From: an uncultured Candidatus Binatia bacterium | Lineage (GTDB): Bacteria; Desulfobacterota; Binatia; UBA9968; JAJDTQ01 | Length of the DNA stretch: 32,000 nucleotides | Assembly: GCA_958295985.1 (NCBI GenBank) | Contig: OY282432.1 | Span: forward strand, 1,827,282-1,859,281 | Reading direction: 5' to 3' | Part shown: positions 8,574-17,311 of the stretch, piece after piece | How the letters are laid out: each line of letters begins with the position of its first letter | Position numbering within the stretch: the first letter of the stretch is position 1 | Position numbers and translations under genes: made by a program | The notes under the pieces: model-generated | What the model was told of the DNA's origin: nothing | Seen by the model: the letters and a program-made list of their open reading frames with translations, nothing else | The model's database searches: none

Positions 8574-11408
8574 CTACTCCTCCCTCGGCGGGAACTCGAA
8601 CGCGACCTTGCCTTCATCGTCCAGCACAAGCCAGGCGGCGAAGGGCCGGCCGGATTTGGATGAGACGAATTCCGGCAGGAGATCGGTCTTGCCCTCGGTC
8701 AGCAGCTTGGTCATCTGGCTGCGTTCCAGCGGCTGCTCGAGGATGACCGTGCCGGCCTTGAAACGGCACGGCTTCTGCTCCGCCTGGGATTTTTCGCAGA
8801 GGTAGTGCGAGTCCCACTCGAAGATTCGGCCGCCGCACCGGGGGCATTTGCCCAGGGATTCCTGACCCGAGAAGTCCGCCTTGGCCGCTGGCTTGTTGCG
8901 GGCGGCCTGAGCCGTCTTTCTGGCCGGCCGCGGCTCGAACTCGAAGCCCACCTTTCCTTCCTGAATCGCCAGAAACGCCTTGAACGGCCGTCCGGTGCGG
9001 GATGAGACGAAGCCTGGCAGGAGATCGGTCTTGCCCTCCTTCAGCAGCTTGACCATCTGCTCCCGCGCCACTTCCTGCCGGAGAATGATCTTGCCGGAGC
9101 TGAACTCACACGTTCGCGCGTCGCCCACGGCGTTCTCGCACGCGTAGCGCATGGGTAGCTCGAACACGCGCCCGACACACCGGGGGCACTGACCCAAGGG
9201 TTCCTGGCCGGTGAAGTCCGCGCCCTGCTCGGCTTCGCCGTCCCGGGGCTCGTTGCCGAAGTCGAACGCGATCTTGTATTCGGGGGACAGCTTGAGCACG
9301 GCGGCGAACGGCCGACCCTGGCGGCTGCGAAATCCCTGTAGCGGCCCGAGTTGCCCGTCCTCGATCAGCGCCGCGGTCTCCTCGGCGCTCAGCAGCCGCC
9401 CGGCCAGGATCTTGGGCAGGCTAAGGCCGCAACTCATGCACTGGAAGTTCCGATACCGTTCATGCACCTCGCCCTTGCACTTGGGACACGGCGCCGAGAG
9501 GGAGCCGAAGTCCCCCGGGATGGTATCGTGCTCGTACTGGCGCGCCCGGTCCACGATCTGCCGGGTCATTTGGGCGATCTCGCCCATGAACTCGTCGCGG
9601 CTCTTCTTGCCGCCCTGCATCTGGAAGAGCTGGTACTCCCAGTTCCCCGTGAGCTCGGGGCGTGTGAGCTCCCGCACGCCCAAACCGTTCAGCAACTCCA
9701 TGAGCATGAAGGCCTTGGGGGTGGCATGAAGCTCCTTGCCGTCCCGGATGATGTAGTCCTCGTCGATGAGCCCCTCGATGATGGACGCCCGGGTGGCGGA
9801 GGTGCCGAGCCCCTTGCCGGCCATGGCCGCCCGCAGCTCCTCGTCCGTCACCAGGCGGCCGGCCCCTTCCATGGCGCCCAGGAGCGTGGCCTCGGTGAAC
9901 CGGGCCGGCGGCCGGGTCTGGTTCTCCTTGGCTTCGATGCCGAGGGTTTCGACCGGTGTGCCGCGGTCGCCGGCAGAGACGTCCGTGGCGTTGGACGCGC
10001 GAGCGTTCAGGGGCGCCAGTGTCGCCTCGTCGCCCTGTTGCCGGGTGTCCCTGCCGTGGACCTCCAGCCAGCCCGCCTTGACCATGACCTTGCCCGTGGT
10101 CTTGAAGGGCTCGTTTTCCACCCGGGTGATCCGGGTGGTCTCCAGGAACTCGGCGGCGGGGTAGAAGATAGCCAGGAAGCGGCGGGTCACCAGATCGTAG
10201 ATCTTCTGCTCGATCTCGTTCAGGCGCTTGGGCGCCTCGGTGGTGGGGATGATGGCGAAGTGGTCCGAGACCTTGGCATTATTGAAGATGCGCTTGTTGG
10301 GCTGGACCCAGTCCTTCTCCAGGATGGCGCCGGCAAACGGCGCATAGGCAGTGTCCTTGAGCATCCGGAGCGAGTCCTTGACCGTTCCGAGGTAGTCTTC
10401 GGGTAGCGCTCGGGAGTCGGTGCGCGGGTAGGTCAGCACCTTGTGCCGTTCGTACAACGCCTGGGCGATCTGCACGGTACGGTTGGCGCTCAGCCCGAAA
10501 CGGGCGTTGGCCTCGCGTTGAAGGCTCGTGAGGTCGAACAGCGGCGGCGGCATCTGCCGGGTGGGCTTGCTGTCCTCGGTTGCGGCGCCGGTCTTGCCCA
10601 GGCACTTCTCGCGGATGGCCTCGGCCGCGGCCTGCTCCCAGATCCGTTCGGCGCGGGCGTTGGGCTCGCTGTCCTTTTTCCTGAACCTCTCGTCGAACCA
10701 CCGTCCCTGATAGTCGCCGCCCTCCGACCGGAACGCGGCCGTCACTTCCCAGTAAGGTTCGGGCTTGAAGCTGCGTATCGCGGCCTCGCGCTCCACCACG
10801 ATGGCCAGGGTGGGGGTCTGCACGCGGCCCACGGTGGTCTTGTAGAATCCCCCGGGCTTGGAGTTGAACGCGGTCATGGCCCGGGTGCCGTTGATGCCCA
10901 CCAGCCAGTCGGCCTCGGAGCGGCTCAGCGCGGCATCCGCCAAGGGTTGCATTTCCGTGTCCTCGCGAAGCTTGACGAAACCGTTCCGGATGGCGTCGGG
11001 GGTCATGGACTGGAGCCAGAGGCGTTTGATGGGTTTCTTGGCCTTGGCGTGGCGGACGATGTTGCGGAAGATGAGTTCACCTTCCCGTCCGGCGTCGCAG
11101 GCGTTGACCAGGGCGTCCACATCCTTGCGCTTCATCAGCTTGACCAGCAGCTTGAGCCGGGAGGCGGTCTTCTGGATGGGTTTGAGTTCGAAAAAGGGAG
11201 GTATGACCGGCAGGTTGGCGAAGCTCCACTTGCCCCGTGTGGCTTCGACCCCCTCCGGCGGGATCTGCTCCAGCAGATGGCCCACCGCCGATGACAGCAC
11301 GTATTCGTCGCTCTCGTAGTAGTCCTGGTGCCGCTTGAAGCCGCCCAGCGCCTTGGCCACATCCGCGGCCACCGACGGCTTCTCCGCGATGATCAGTGCT
11401 TTAGCCAT
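8574..11408 (-). CDS. topB: DNA topoisomerase III (type IA) with three C-terminal Zn-ribbon + topoisomerase C-terminal-repeat modules
   Basis: 944 aa. TOPRIM N-terminus MAKALIIAEKPSVA...AVGHLLE. Active-site motif LTYPRTDSRALP (Tyr327). The C-terminal 300 aa contain three CPxC...(G)RPF(A/K)A.L.....KV.FEF modules. Confidence 0.95.
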   Translation of the reverse strand: MAKALIIAEKPSVAADVAKALGGFKRHQDYYESDEYVLSSAVGHLLEQIPPEGVEATRGKWSFANLPVIPPFFELKPIQKTASRLKLLVKLMKRKDVDALVNACDAGREGELIFRNIVRHAKAKKPIKRLWLQSMTPDAIRNGFVKLREDTEMQPLADAALSRSEADWLVGINGTRAMTAFNSKPGGFYKTTVGRVQTPTLAIVVEREAAIRSFKPEPYWEVTAAFRSEGGDYQGRWFDERFRKKDSEPNARAERIWEQAAAEAIREKCLGKTGAATEDSKPTRQMPPPLFDLTSLQREANARFGLSANRTVQIAQALYERHKVLTYPRTDSRALPEDYLGTVKDSLRMLKDTAYAPFAGAILEKDWVQPNKRIFNNAKVSDHFAIIPTTEAPKRLNEIEQKIYDLVTRRFLAIFYPAAEFLETTRITRVENEPFKTTGKVMVKAGWLEVHGRDTRQQGDEATLAPLNARASNATDVSAGDRGTPVETLGIEAKENQTRPPARFTEATLLGAMEGAGRLVTDEELRAAMAGKGLGTSATRASIIEGLIDEDYIIRDGKELHATPKAFMLMELLNGLGVRELTRPELTGNWEYQLFQMQGGKKSRDEFMGEIAQMTRQIVDRARQYEHDTIPGDFGSLSAPCPKCKGEVHERYRNFQCMSCGLSLPKILAGRLLSAEETAALIEDGQLGPLQGFRSRQGRPFAAVLKLSPEYKIAFDFGNEPRDGEAEQGADFTGQEPLGQCPRCVGRVFELPMRYACENAVGDARTCEFSSGKIILRQEVAREQMVKLLKEGKTDLLPGFVSSRTGRPFKAFLAIQEGKVGFEFEPRPARKTAQAARNKPAAKADFSGQESLGKCPRCGGRIFEWDSHYLCEKSQAEQKPCRFKAGTVILEQPLERSQMTKLLTEGKTDLLPEFVSSKSGRPFAAWLVLDDEGKVAFEFPPREE

Positions 11409-11613
11409 GTTGACGTCTCGATCCTGGAGTTGCCCGGGAAGTTCCGGCGTCCGCCCCCTCCGTGCGTCCGCCGTGAACAGTGCATATGTCTAATTGAGGT
11501 ATACCTGTCAAGCCGGCGGGGGCAAGCCGTTAGCGGGAAGTGGGGAATCCATGTAATAAGGGGGCACGGAAACGGGAGGACCGATATCCCGGCCCCCAAG
11601 GAGGAGAGAACCC

Positions 11614-12441
11614 ATGCCCAACGTGAAGTTGTCTACCGGCGTCGACCTCTATTACGAGACCCATGGACAGGGCGAGCCCATGATCTTCGTGCCCTCCACC
11701 GCCTATTCCGGCGAGGTCTGGAAGCCCTCGCAGATGCCGTTGGCGGATTCCCTGAACCTGATCTTCCATGACCCACGGGGTTGCGGGCGGTCGGTGGCGC
11801 AACAGAGCGTCTACACCATCGAGCTCATGGCCATGGACATCGTGGCGCTCATGGATCACCTCGGGTGCCCGTCGGCCCACTTCATCGGCCACTCCATGGG
11901 AGGCCGCATCGCGTTGTCCCTGGCGCAGAACTTTCCCGGCCGGGTCAAGAGCCTGATCATGGCGGCCGCGGGCTCCGGCACCGCGGGCCGGGCCGGGCCG
12001 GACTGCGTTCCCGGCCTGCCGCACCAGCTCGTCTATGAGCTGGTGGAGATGGGCTTCGAGAAGTTCGTCTATGATGAAATCGCCGAAACCGACACCTTCT
12101 TCACCGCCGACTACCGGGCCAATCACCGCGCTGAGGTGGAGGCCTTCTACAAGCTCGCCTGGGAGACCCACGCCAGGCTTCCCGAGTTCGTCCACCTGGT
12201 TATGGCGCGGCACAGCTTCGAGGGCACCCATCGCCTGCAGGATGTCCAGTGCCCGACCATGGTGCTGATCGGCGACGGCGACACCGTGGGAAGCAATCAC
12301 GTGGCCCAGGCCCAGGTGCTGGCGGACCGCATTCCCGGCGCCGAGTTGAAGGTCCTGGAGGGTCAGACCCACGGTTTCTTCTGGCAGGACCCGGAGGGGA
12401 CCAACGACGTCATCCTGTCCTGGGTGAAGCGCCACAGTTGA
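11614..12441 (+). CDS. alpha/beta-fold hydrolase (paralog of 7443-8243)
   Basis: 275 aa with AAGGAGGAG RBS. It has GHSMGGR and GEVWK, and shares the VEMG(Y/F)E(R/K)(Y/F)V and THRL(K/Q)D(I/V) blocks with the other hydrolase. Confidence 0.9.
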   Translation: MPNVKLSTGVDLYYETHGQGEPMIFVPSTAYSGEVWKPSQMPLADSLNLIFHDPRGCGRSVAQQSVYTIELMAMDIVALMDHLGCPSAHFIGHSMGGRIALSLAQNFPGRVKSLIMAAAGSGTAGRAGPDCVPGLPHQLVYELVEMGFEKFVYDEIAETDTFFTADYRANHRAEVEAFYKLAWETHARLPEFVHLVMARHSFEGTHRLQDVQCPTMVLIGDGDTVGSNHVAQAQVLADRIPGAELKVLEGQTHGFFWQDPEGTNDVILSWVKRHS

Positions 12442-12484
12442 GTCTTCGCGTGATCCGGGAATCATAGCCGCCCCAAAAAGCTCC

Positions 12485-13687
12485 ATGCCGGATCAGGCTG
12501 TCAAGCCGACTTTCTGGACGGGCACGTTCATCCTGTTATGCGCGTCGCAGTTCCTGGCCTACGGCCATCACGCGCTGCTGACCCCGACTCTGCCGCTCTA
12601 CCTGGACCATCTGGGCAGCTCGCCGTTCATGGTCGGGCTGTTGCTGGCGGCCTTCAGCAGCAGCAGCGTGGTGATCCGTCCCTTTGTGGGCACCTGGGTA
12701 GATTCCCGGGGGGAGACCCGGGTGCTCAGCCTGAGCTGCATCGGGCTGTGTCTGACCGTGCTGATCTTCGTGGTGCCGCATGTCGAAGGGGCTTTCACGG
12801 CCAACATCCTGCGGGGCTTTTCCTGGGCCGGGATAAACACCAGCGGTTACGCGTTCCTGGCGGCGGTGGTGCCCGCGGACCGGCGGGGAGAAGCCAGCGG
12901 CTACTACTCCGGCATCCAGAGCAGTTCGTCGGTGTTCTTTCCGTTCGCGGCGCTGTGGATCATCGAGAAGTTCGCGAGCGGCTATGCGCTGGTCTTCGTC
13001 CTGTCGAGTGTCGTAGCGCTCTTGGCCGCGGTCCTCGCCTACGTGTGCGGCCGGAGCATACGCCGGCCGTCCGGCCCCGCGGAGGCCGGTGGCCCCAGGC
13101 TCCCGTTCCGGAGCAGGACCTACTTCGACCGAGGCATTCTCTTCACCGCCCTTCTGCTCTTCTGCATGAACCTGCCCTGGTCGGGCCTGAATTCCTTCAT
13201 CGTGCTCTACGCCCGTGAGGTGGGGATCGAGAGTCTGGGCTGGTACTTCGTGGCCATCGGGTGCGCCAGTCTCGTGGGCCGGCCGCTGCTCGGCCGGGTG
13301 TCGGACAGCATCGGCCGCGGGCCCGCGGTGGTAGTGGCGTATGTCCTGGAGATCGCCGGCATCGCGCTGGTGGTGCTGGCCGCTGATGTCATCATGATGA
13401 TGATCGCCGGCATCCTGTATTTTCTCGGGTACGCGCTGGGCGTCTCCACCACCCTGGCCCTGGCCATGGAGCGGGGCGACCCCAAACGCCGCGGCGTCAC
13501 CATGGCGACTTTTTCCATGGCCTTCCCGCTGGGCTCGGGGTTGGGCGCCGCACTCAGCGGCGCCGTCGTCGCCCTGGTCGGCTACCGGGGAATGTACCTG
13601 AGCCTGATCGCGGTGCTGGCGCTCGGGCTGCTGTTGGCCCTGGGCAACCGGTCGGGCCTGACCACGCCCGCGCGCTCGGGTGGGTGA
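12485..13687 (+). CDS. MFS transporter
   Basis: 400 aa with about 12 hydrophobic segments. MFS loop 2-3 signature-like GTWVDSRGETRV and a second GRVSDSIGRG are present. Confidence 0.85.
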   Translation: MPDQAVKPTFWTGTFILLCASQFLAYGHHALLTPTLPLYLDHLGSSPFMVGLLLAAFSSSSVVIRPFVGTWVDSRGETRVLSLSCIGLCLTVLIFVVPHVEGAFTANILRGFSWAGINTSGYAFLAAVVPADRRGEASGYYSGIQSSSSVFFPFAALWIIEKFASGYALVFVLSSVVALLAAVLAYVCGRSIRRPSGPAEAGGPRLPFRSRTYFDRGILFTALLLFCMNLPWSGLNSFIVLYAREVGIESLGWYFVAIGCASLVGRPLLGRVSDSIGRGPAVVVAYVLEIAGIALVVLAADVIMMMIAGILYFLGYALGVSTTLALAMERGDPKRRGVTMATFSMAFPLGSGLGAALSGAVVALVGYRGMYLSLIAVLALGLLLALGNRSGLTTPARSGG

Positions 13688-13876
13688 GGCCATTGTCCGT
13701 ACCCCGCTTACGTCCTGTGACAATAGCGGCTATTGGTTCGACGTTTCGGACCAACGACGTTGAGCCGGCCCCTCCGCCTTTCCGCACTCATTCCTTGCCG
13801 AGCCGAATCCTCCTCAGGAGCCGTTCGGGTGACTTACGCATTCTTCTTCCCGTTCAAGCGTTGAGGGTTCACCGGC

Positions 13877-15088
13877 TCACGCGTCGTTCCCGGCCGCGCC
13901 CGGCTCCAGGTGGAACGTCACCCGCACGAATCGGTTACGCTCGTCGTTGACCAGTGTCGGCTCGGTTCCGTTGAAGCGCCTCATGGCGTGGCGCATGGTC
14001 AGCCAGCCTCGCCCGCGCCGCTCCATGAGTCCGCGCACGACCATGGCGTTCGCTATCATTTCGTTGCGGGAGCGCGGAGCGCCACCCATCCGCGCCTGTT
14101 CGACCGTCATGTGGTTCGGCAACGCGCCGGGGCTCGTCACCACGATGCGGTCGTCGAATACTTCCAGCAGGACCTGAGATCCAGTGATGGCGTAGTCCCG
14201 GTGGATGACCGCGTTGACAAGCGCCTCGCGCAGCACGTCCTCCGGCAGCGGCGGAACGTCTCGGCGGTAGAGTCCCTGATAGATTTCTCGCCGGCCCAGG
14301 CTGCGAAACCATCCCATCGCACGATTCACCTGATCTTCAAGGCGCCCCTTTCCCTCTCCAGCGCTCAACACGTCGGCCGCTTGGTCGGCGCCGCCGTACA
14401 GCGCGCATTGCACGAACAGACTCAGGGTGTGCGGATACGCCTGCGGGTCGCGCCCGAACACCATCAGCCCATACAGCGTGGGGCGAAGCACGCCGTCCAG
14501 TTCGTCAACGATGCTGGCGTTGCGCAGGTCGTCCTCGCGTGCCGGCTGCGGTGCCTGCTCGGTGTCCAGTCCCTGCGCCCGCATGAAGGTGCGCACTGCG
14601 CTGACGTCGATGTCGTCCAGGGTCGCGGATGGCACGACCTGTTTTTCGGTGAGGACGAACCCGAAAGCGTTCATCAACTCTTGAAGCTCGGACGGAGACG
14701 GCGCCACCGTCGCCCGGCCTCGCCGAATCCAGAACCGGCCGTCATAAGCGAACGGCTCGTAGCCCCGTTGGTGGCGATGCACGTCGATCCAGTGCATCCA
14801 ACCGCTACTGGTCTGGTATCTTCCGCATTGCGCGGTGACCGGCTTACCGCAGCCGGTATGCAGCAGGCTCGTCAACCGTTCCTGAACGGCCTCGGGATCT
14901 GCGTGCACTCCGACAATGGCCCTGGTAGCGTCTTCAACGCCGAGCACGATAAGGCCGCCCTCGCCGTTCGCGAACGCGCACAGCGTCTTGCCGACGCCCC
15001 GCAAGTCACTGACCCCACGCTTGAACTCGGTGCGAGCGTCTTCTCCGGCGGCGATGCGTCGTTCGACTTCAGGCCATTCCATCGGCAT
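13877..15088 (-). CDS. AlbA_2 (Schlafen-like divergent AAA) + HATPase_c_4 domain protein (often mis-annotated as RecG-like / transcriptional regulator)
   Basis: 403 aa. The N-terminus E..TEFKRG....GVGKTLCAFANGEGGLIVLGV is typical of AlbA_2. The C-terminus LREALVNAVIHRDYAITGSQVLLEVFDDRIVVTSPGALP is typical of HATPase_c_4. AGGAA precedes the ATG at 15088. Confidence 0.85.
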   Translation of the reverse strand: MPMEWPEVERRIAAGEDARTEFKRGVSDLRGVGKTLCAFANGEGGLIVLGVEDATRAIVGVHADPEAVQERLTSLLHTGCGKPVTAQCGRYQTSSGWMHWIDVHRHQRGYEPFAYDGRFWIRRGRATVAPSPSELQELMNAFGFVLTEKQVVPSATLDDIDVSAVRTFMRAQGLDTEQAPQPAREDDLRNASIVDELDGVLRPTLYGLMVFGRDPQAYPHTLSLFVQCALYGGADQAADVLSAGEGKGRLEDQVNRAMGWFRSLGRREIYQGLYRRDVPPLPEDVLREALVNAVIHRDYAITGSQVLLEVFDDRIVVTSPGALPNHMTVEQARMGGAPRSRNEMIANAMVVRGLMERRGRGWLTMRHAMRRFNGTEPTLVNDERNRFVRVTFHLEPGAAGNDA

Positions 15089-15137
15089 GCGTTCCTGTCT
15101 CGCGAGTCGTCATGGCATGGGTCGATTCTCATCCCGA

Positions 15138-15350
15138 TCATCCCACCCGTGAGTACGGATACTGATTCTTGACGTAAGTGTGGAGAAATTTACCCTTGGA
15201 CGAGGCTTGCATAAATTGACTATGCACATGTTCCGGGACACCGTAGTATTGGTATACTCCTCCGTTCGAGAATTCCACCTCAAGCGTTGACGTACGATCG
15301 TCGTAGCCTATCGCCTTGACATTCGACGACACTACGTTGTGTTTGTCCAT
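15138..15350 (-). CDS. KTSC domain-containing small protein
   Basis: Trimmed to the ATG at 15350 (the track uses the TTG at 15374). The sequence MDKHNVVSSNVKAIGYDDRTSTLEVEFSNGGVYQYYGVPEHVHSQFMQASSKGKFL matches the KTSC pattern (S..I..igYd.....L.V.F..G..Y.Y..VP..v...f..a.SkG.y). Confidence 0.8.
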   Translation of the reverse strand: MDKHNVVSSNVKAIGYDDRTSTLEVEFSNGGVYQYYGVPEHVHSQFMQASSKGKFLHTYVKNQYPYSRVG

Positions 15351-15401
15351 GGCTTGTCGGCGAGCAGACGGCAAACGTCGCGGCTCCAGAGAACCTGAAG
15401 C

Positions 15402-15623
15402 TTAGCCAACCGCAATCTCTACCTGGGTTACGTACACCTCGTTGTGCGGTCGCGGCTCGATCTCCGTGGCGGAAGCTGTCTCGAAGAACAGCTCCAACGC
15501 CTCCTTCAAGTTGCTACGCGCTTCGTCCACGGTGCCGCCCTGGCTGGCTATATCCAACTCGGGGCAGAGTGATACGTAACCATCGCCCTCGCGCTCTATG
15601 ATCGCCGTCAATTGTCTGGTCAT
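15402..15623 (-). CDS. hicB: HicB-family antitoxin (UPF0150, short form without DNA-binding domain)
   Basis: Trimmed to the ATG at 15623, preceded by AGGAGA. The sequence MTRQLTAIIEREGDGYVSLCPELDIASQGGTVDEARSNLKEALELFFE is a textbook HicB N-domain. Confidence 0.85.
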   Translation of the reverse strand: MTRQLTAIIEREGDGYVSLCPELDIASQGGTVDEARSNLKEALELFFETASATEIEPRPHNEVYVTQVEIAVG

Positions 15624-15885
15624 CGTGCTCTCCTGTTTTCCGAATCCGTGCTCCGGCCTTCGACCGTCTCGCGAAGAGCGGGTGGACATCCGTAACATGG
15701 TGCCACCGGCAGGCAGTCCGCCGCAAGAATGCCCTGCTCCACGCATCTTTCTGCCGTGCTGACACGGCGCACCTTTTCCCTCCTCGGCAGCACATTGATG
15801 CGACCCACGGATCAGCGCTCCTTCTCTCAGAGAACATCGCCGGAAACGACACGTCAATCTTGCGCCCGGACTGTTTGAGATCCAT
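15620..15885 (-). pseudogene. hicA-like toxin remnant, frame-disrupted
   Basis: HicA-like pieces lie in three frames: MDLKQSGRKI (ATG 15885), then LREGALIRGSHQ one frame over, then a third frame ending in a TGA that overlaps the hicB ATG (ATGA at 15620-15623). The span is 266 nt, which is not a multiple of 3. Confidence 0.4.
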
Positions 15886-16142
15886 CGGCCCGAGTCGCTT
15901 GGCCTCGACGGCGGCCTCGATCAATTCACTGGGCGAGGAATCCAGGACCGCGGCCCAAGGGGTCTCGAACAGCAGGCGGCCTCGTCGGCCGATGGCGAAT
16001 CCGAGAAGCAGTGCATATAGGGTGGCTGCGGGTGTCGCCCGGACGCGCAGGCGAAGTTTTAACGGATTGAGCTTGCGTTAGCCTGATGGCTGGATTATGA
16101 GGGCATAGTCGTTCAAGGGATAATCTAGCAAAGGAGGTATTC

Positions 16143-17243
16143 ATGATGTTAGAGGCATTCAAGAGAAAGGGCCGTCTGCTGCGACTCTATGGCGGTCTCT
16201 CGGCTTTGGTGCTGATGGGTTCGCTGCTGGTTCCGTCCGGCGCGTGGGCGCAGCGCTCGGATGCGGAACTGGCCAAGCTGTTCGAGTCCAAGCCGGTGAA
16301 CATCATCGTAGGTTCGGCCCCGGGCGGCGGCTACGACACGTTCTCCCGGCTGGTGGCCCGGTTCGTGGGCGAGTACCTGCCGGGCAACCCGTCCTTCATC
16401 GTCCGGAACGTTCCTGGAGCGGGTCAGCTACGCGGTCTGCGCCGGGCCATGAAGGCCAAGCCGGACGGGATGACCCTGGGACTGCTTCATCCCCGGTTCG
16501 TCCAGCGCGAGCTGGCGGGCAAGGACGTGCCGGATTTCGATCTCAAGACCGTGCGGGTGCTGGGAAGCCCCAGTTCGGGCGAGGTGCCTCGTATCTGGTG
16601 TGTGCGCCGCAGCCTCGGCGCGACCTATGCGGATCTGGTCAAACGCGGCAAGCCCGTGACCAGCGGCGGCAACGCCCCGGGCGCGGCCTTCGGAATCGGT
16701 CCGCAGTTCGTGATGGAACTGGGCGGTCCGATCAAGATGGTCTACGGTTACGGCGGCACCTCCGAGATCATGGCCGCCTTCGATCGGGACGAGATGGAGG
16801 GCGTGGACCGCTGCGTCGAGGAGAACGTGCCGCGGCTGTTCCCGAAGTGGATCACCGACAAGAAGGTGGCGCCCATCTTCTGGTGGGAAAAGGAGCCGTC
16901 CAAGGACTGGCTGGGCAGGCTTGGAGCCACCAAGGTGCCGCACCTCTTCGAGGTGGTGAAGTCCACCGAGGAGCAGCAGAACGCCTTTCTCGTGGCCCAG
17001 AGGTTCAACACGTTCAGCCGGATCTACGTGCTTCAGCCCGGTGTCCCGGATGACGTCTACGAAGCCTGGAAGAAAGCCTTCGAGTCTACCACGAAGGATG
17101 CGGGGTTCCTGAAGGCCGCAGGGGTGGCGGGCTACGAGGTCTCGTTGGGCACCGCGGAAGACTTCAACGAGGGGCTCAAGCGCTACCAGTCCCTGACGCC
17201 GGACGGAGAGAAGCTGCTCAAGAGGCTCATGGGCATCAACTAG
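16143..17243 (+). CDS. tctC: TctC/Bug-family tripartite tricarboxylate transporter substrate-binding protein
   Basis: 366 aa with AAGGAGG RBS and a signal peptide (..LVPSGAWAQ). IIVGSAPGGGYDTFSRLVA...VRNVPGAGQ...AKPDGMTLGL is the TctC signature region. Confidence 0.85.
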   Translation: MMLEAFKRKGRLLRLYGGLSALVLMGSLLVPSGAWAQRSDAELAKLFESKPVNIIVGSAPGGGYDTFSRLVARFVGEYLPGNPSFIVRNVPGAGQLRGLRRAMKAKPDGMTLGLLHPRFVQRELAGKDVPDFDLKTVRVLGSPSSGEVPRIWCVRRSLGATYADLVKRGKPVTSGGNAPGAAFGIGPQFVMELGGPIKMVYGYGGTSEIMAAFDRDEMEGVDRCVEENVPRLFPKWITDKKVAPIFWWEKEPSKDWLGRLGATKVPHLFEVVKSTEEQQNAFLVAQRFNTFSRIYVLQPGVPDDVYEAWKKAFESTTKDAGFLKAAGVAGYEVSLGTAEDFNEGLKRYQSLTPDGEKLLKRLMGIN

Positions 17244-17266
17244 CTCTCTGGGGAGCTGCGGGCATG

Positions 17267-17302
17267 AAAACGGCCATCCGTCACTTGGCGGATGGCCGTT
17301 TT
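17267..17302. terminator. bidirectional intrinsic terminator between convergent tctC and tctB
   Basis: Perfect 14-bp stem aaaacggccatccg / cggatggccgtttt with an 8-nt loop. A/T runs form the outer stem ends on both strands. Confidence 0.7.
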
Positions 17303-17311
17303 GCGTTCAAG

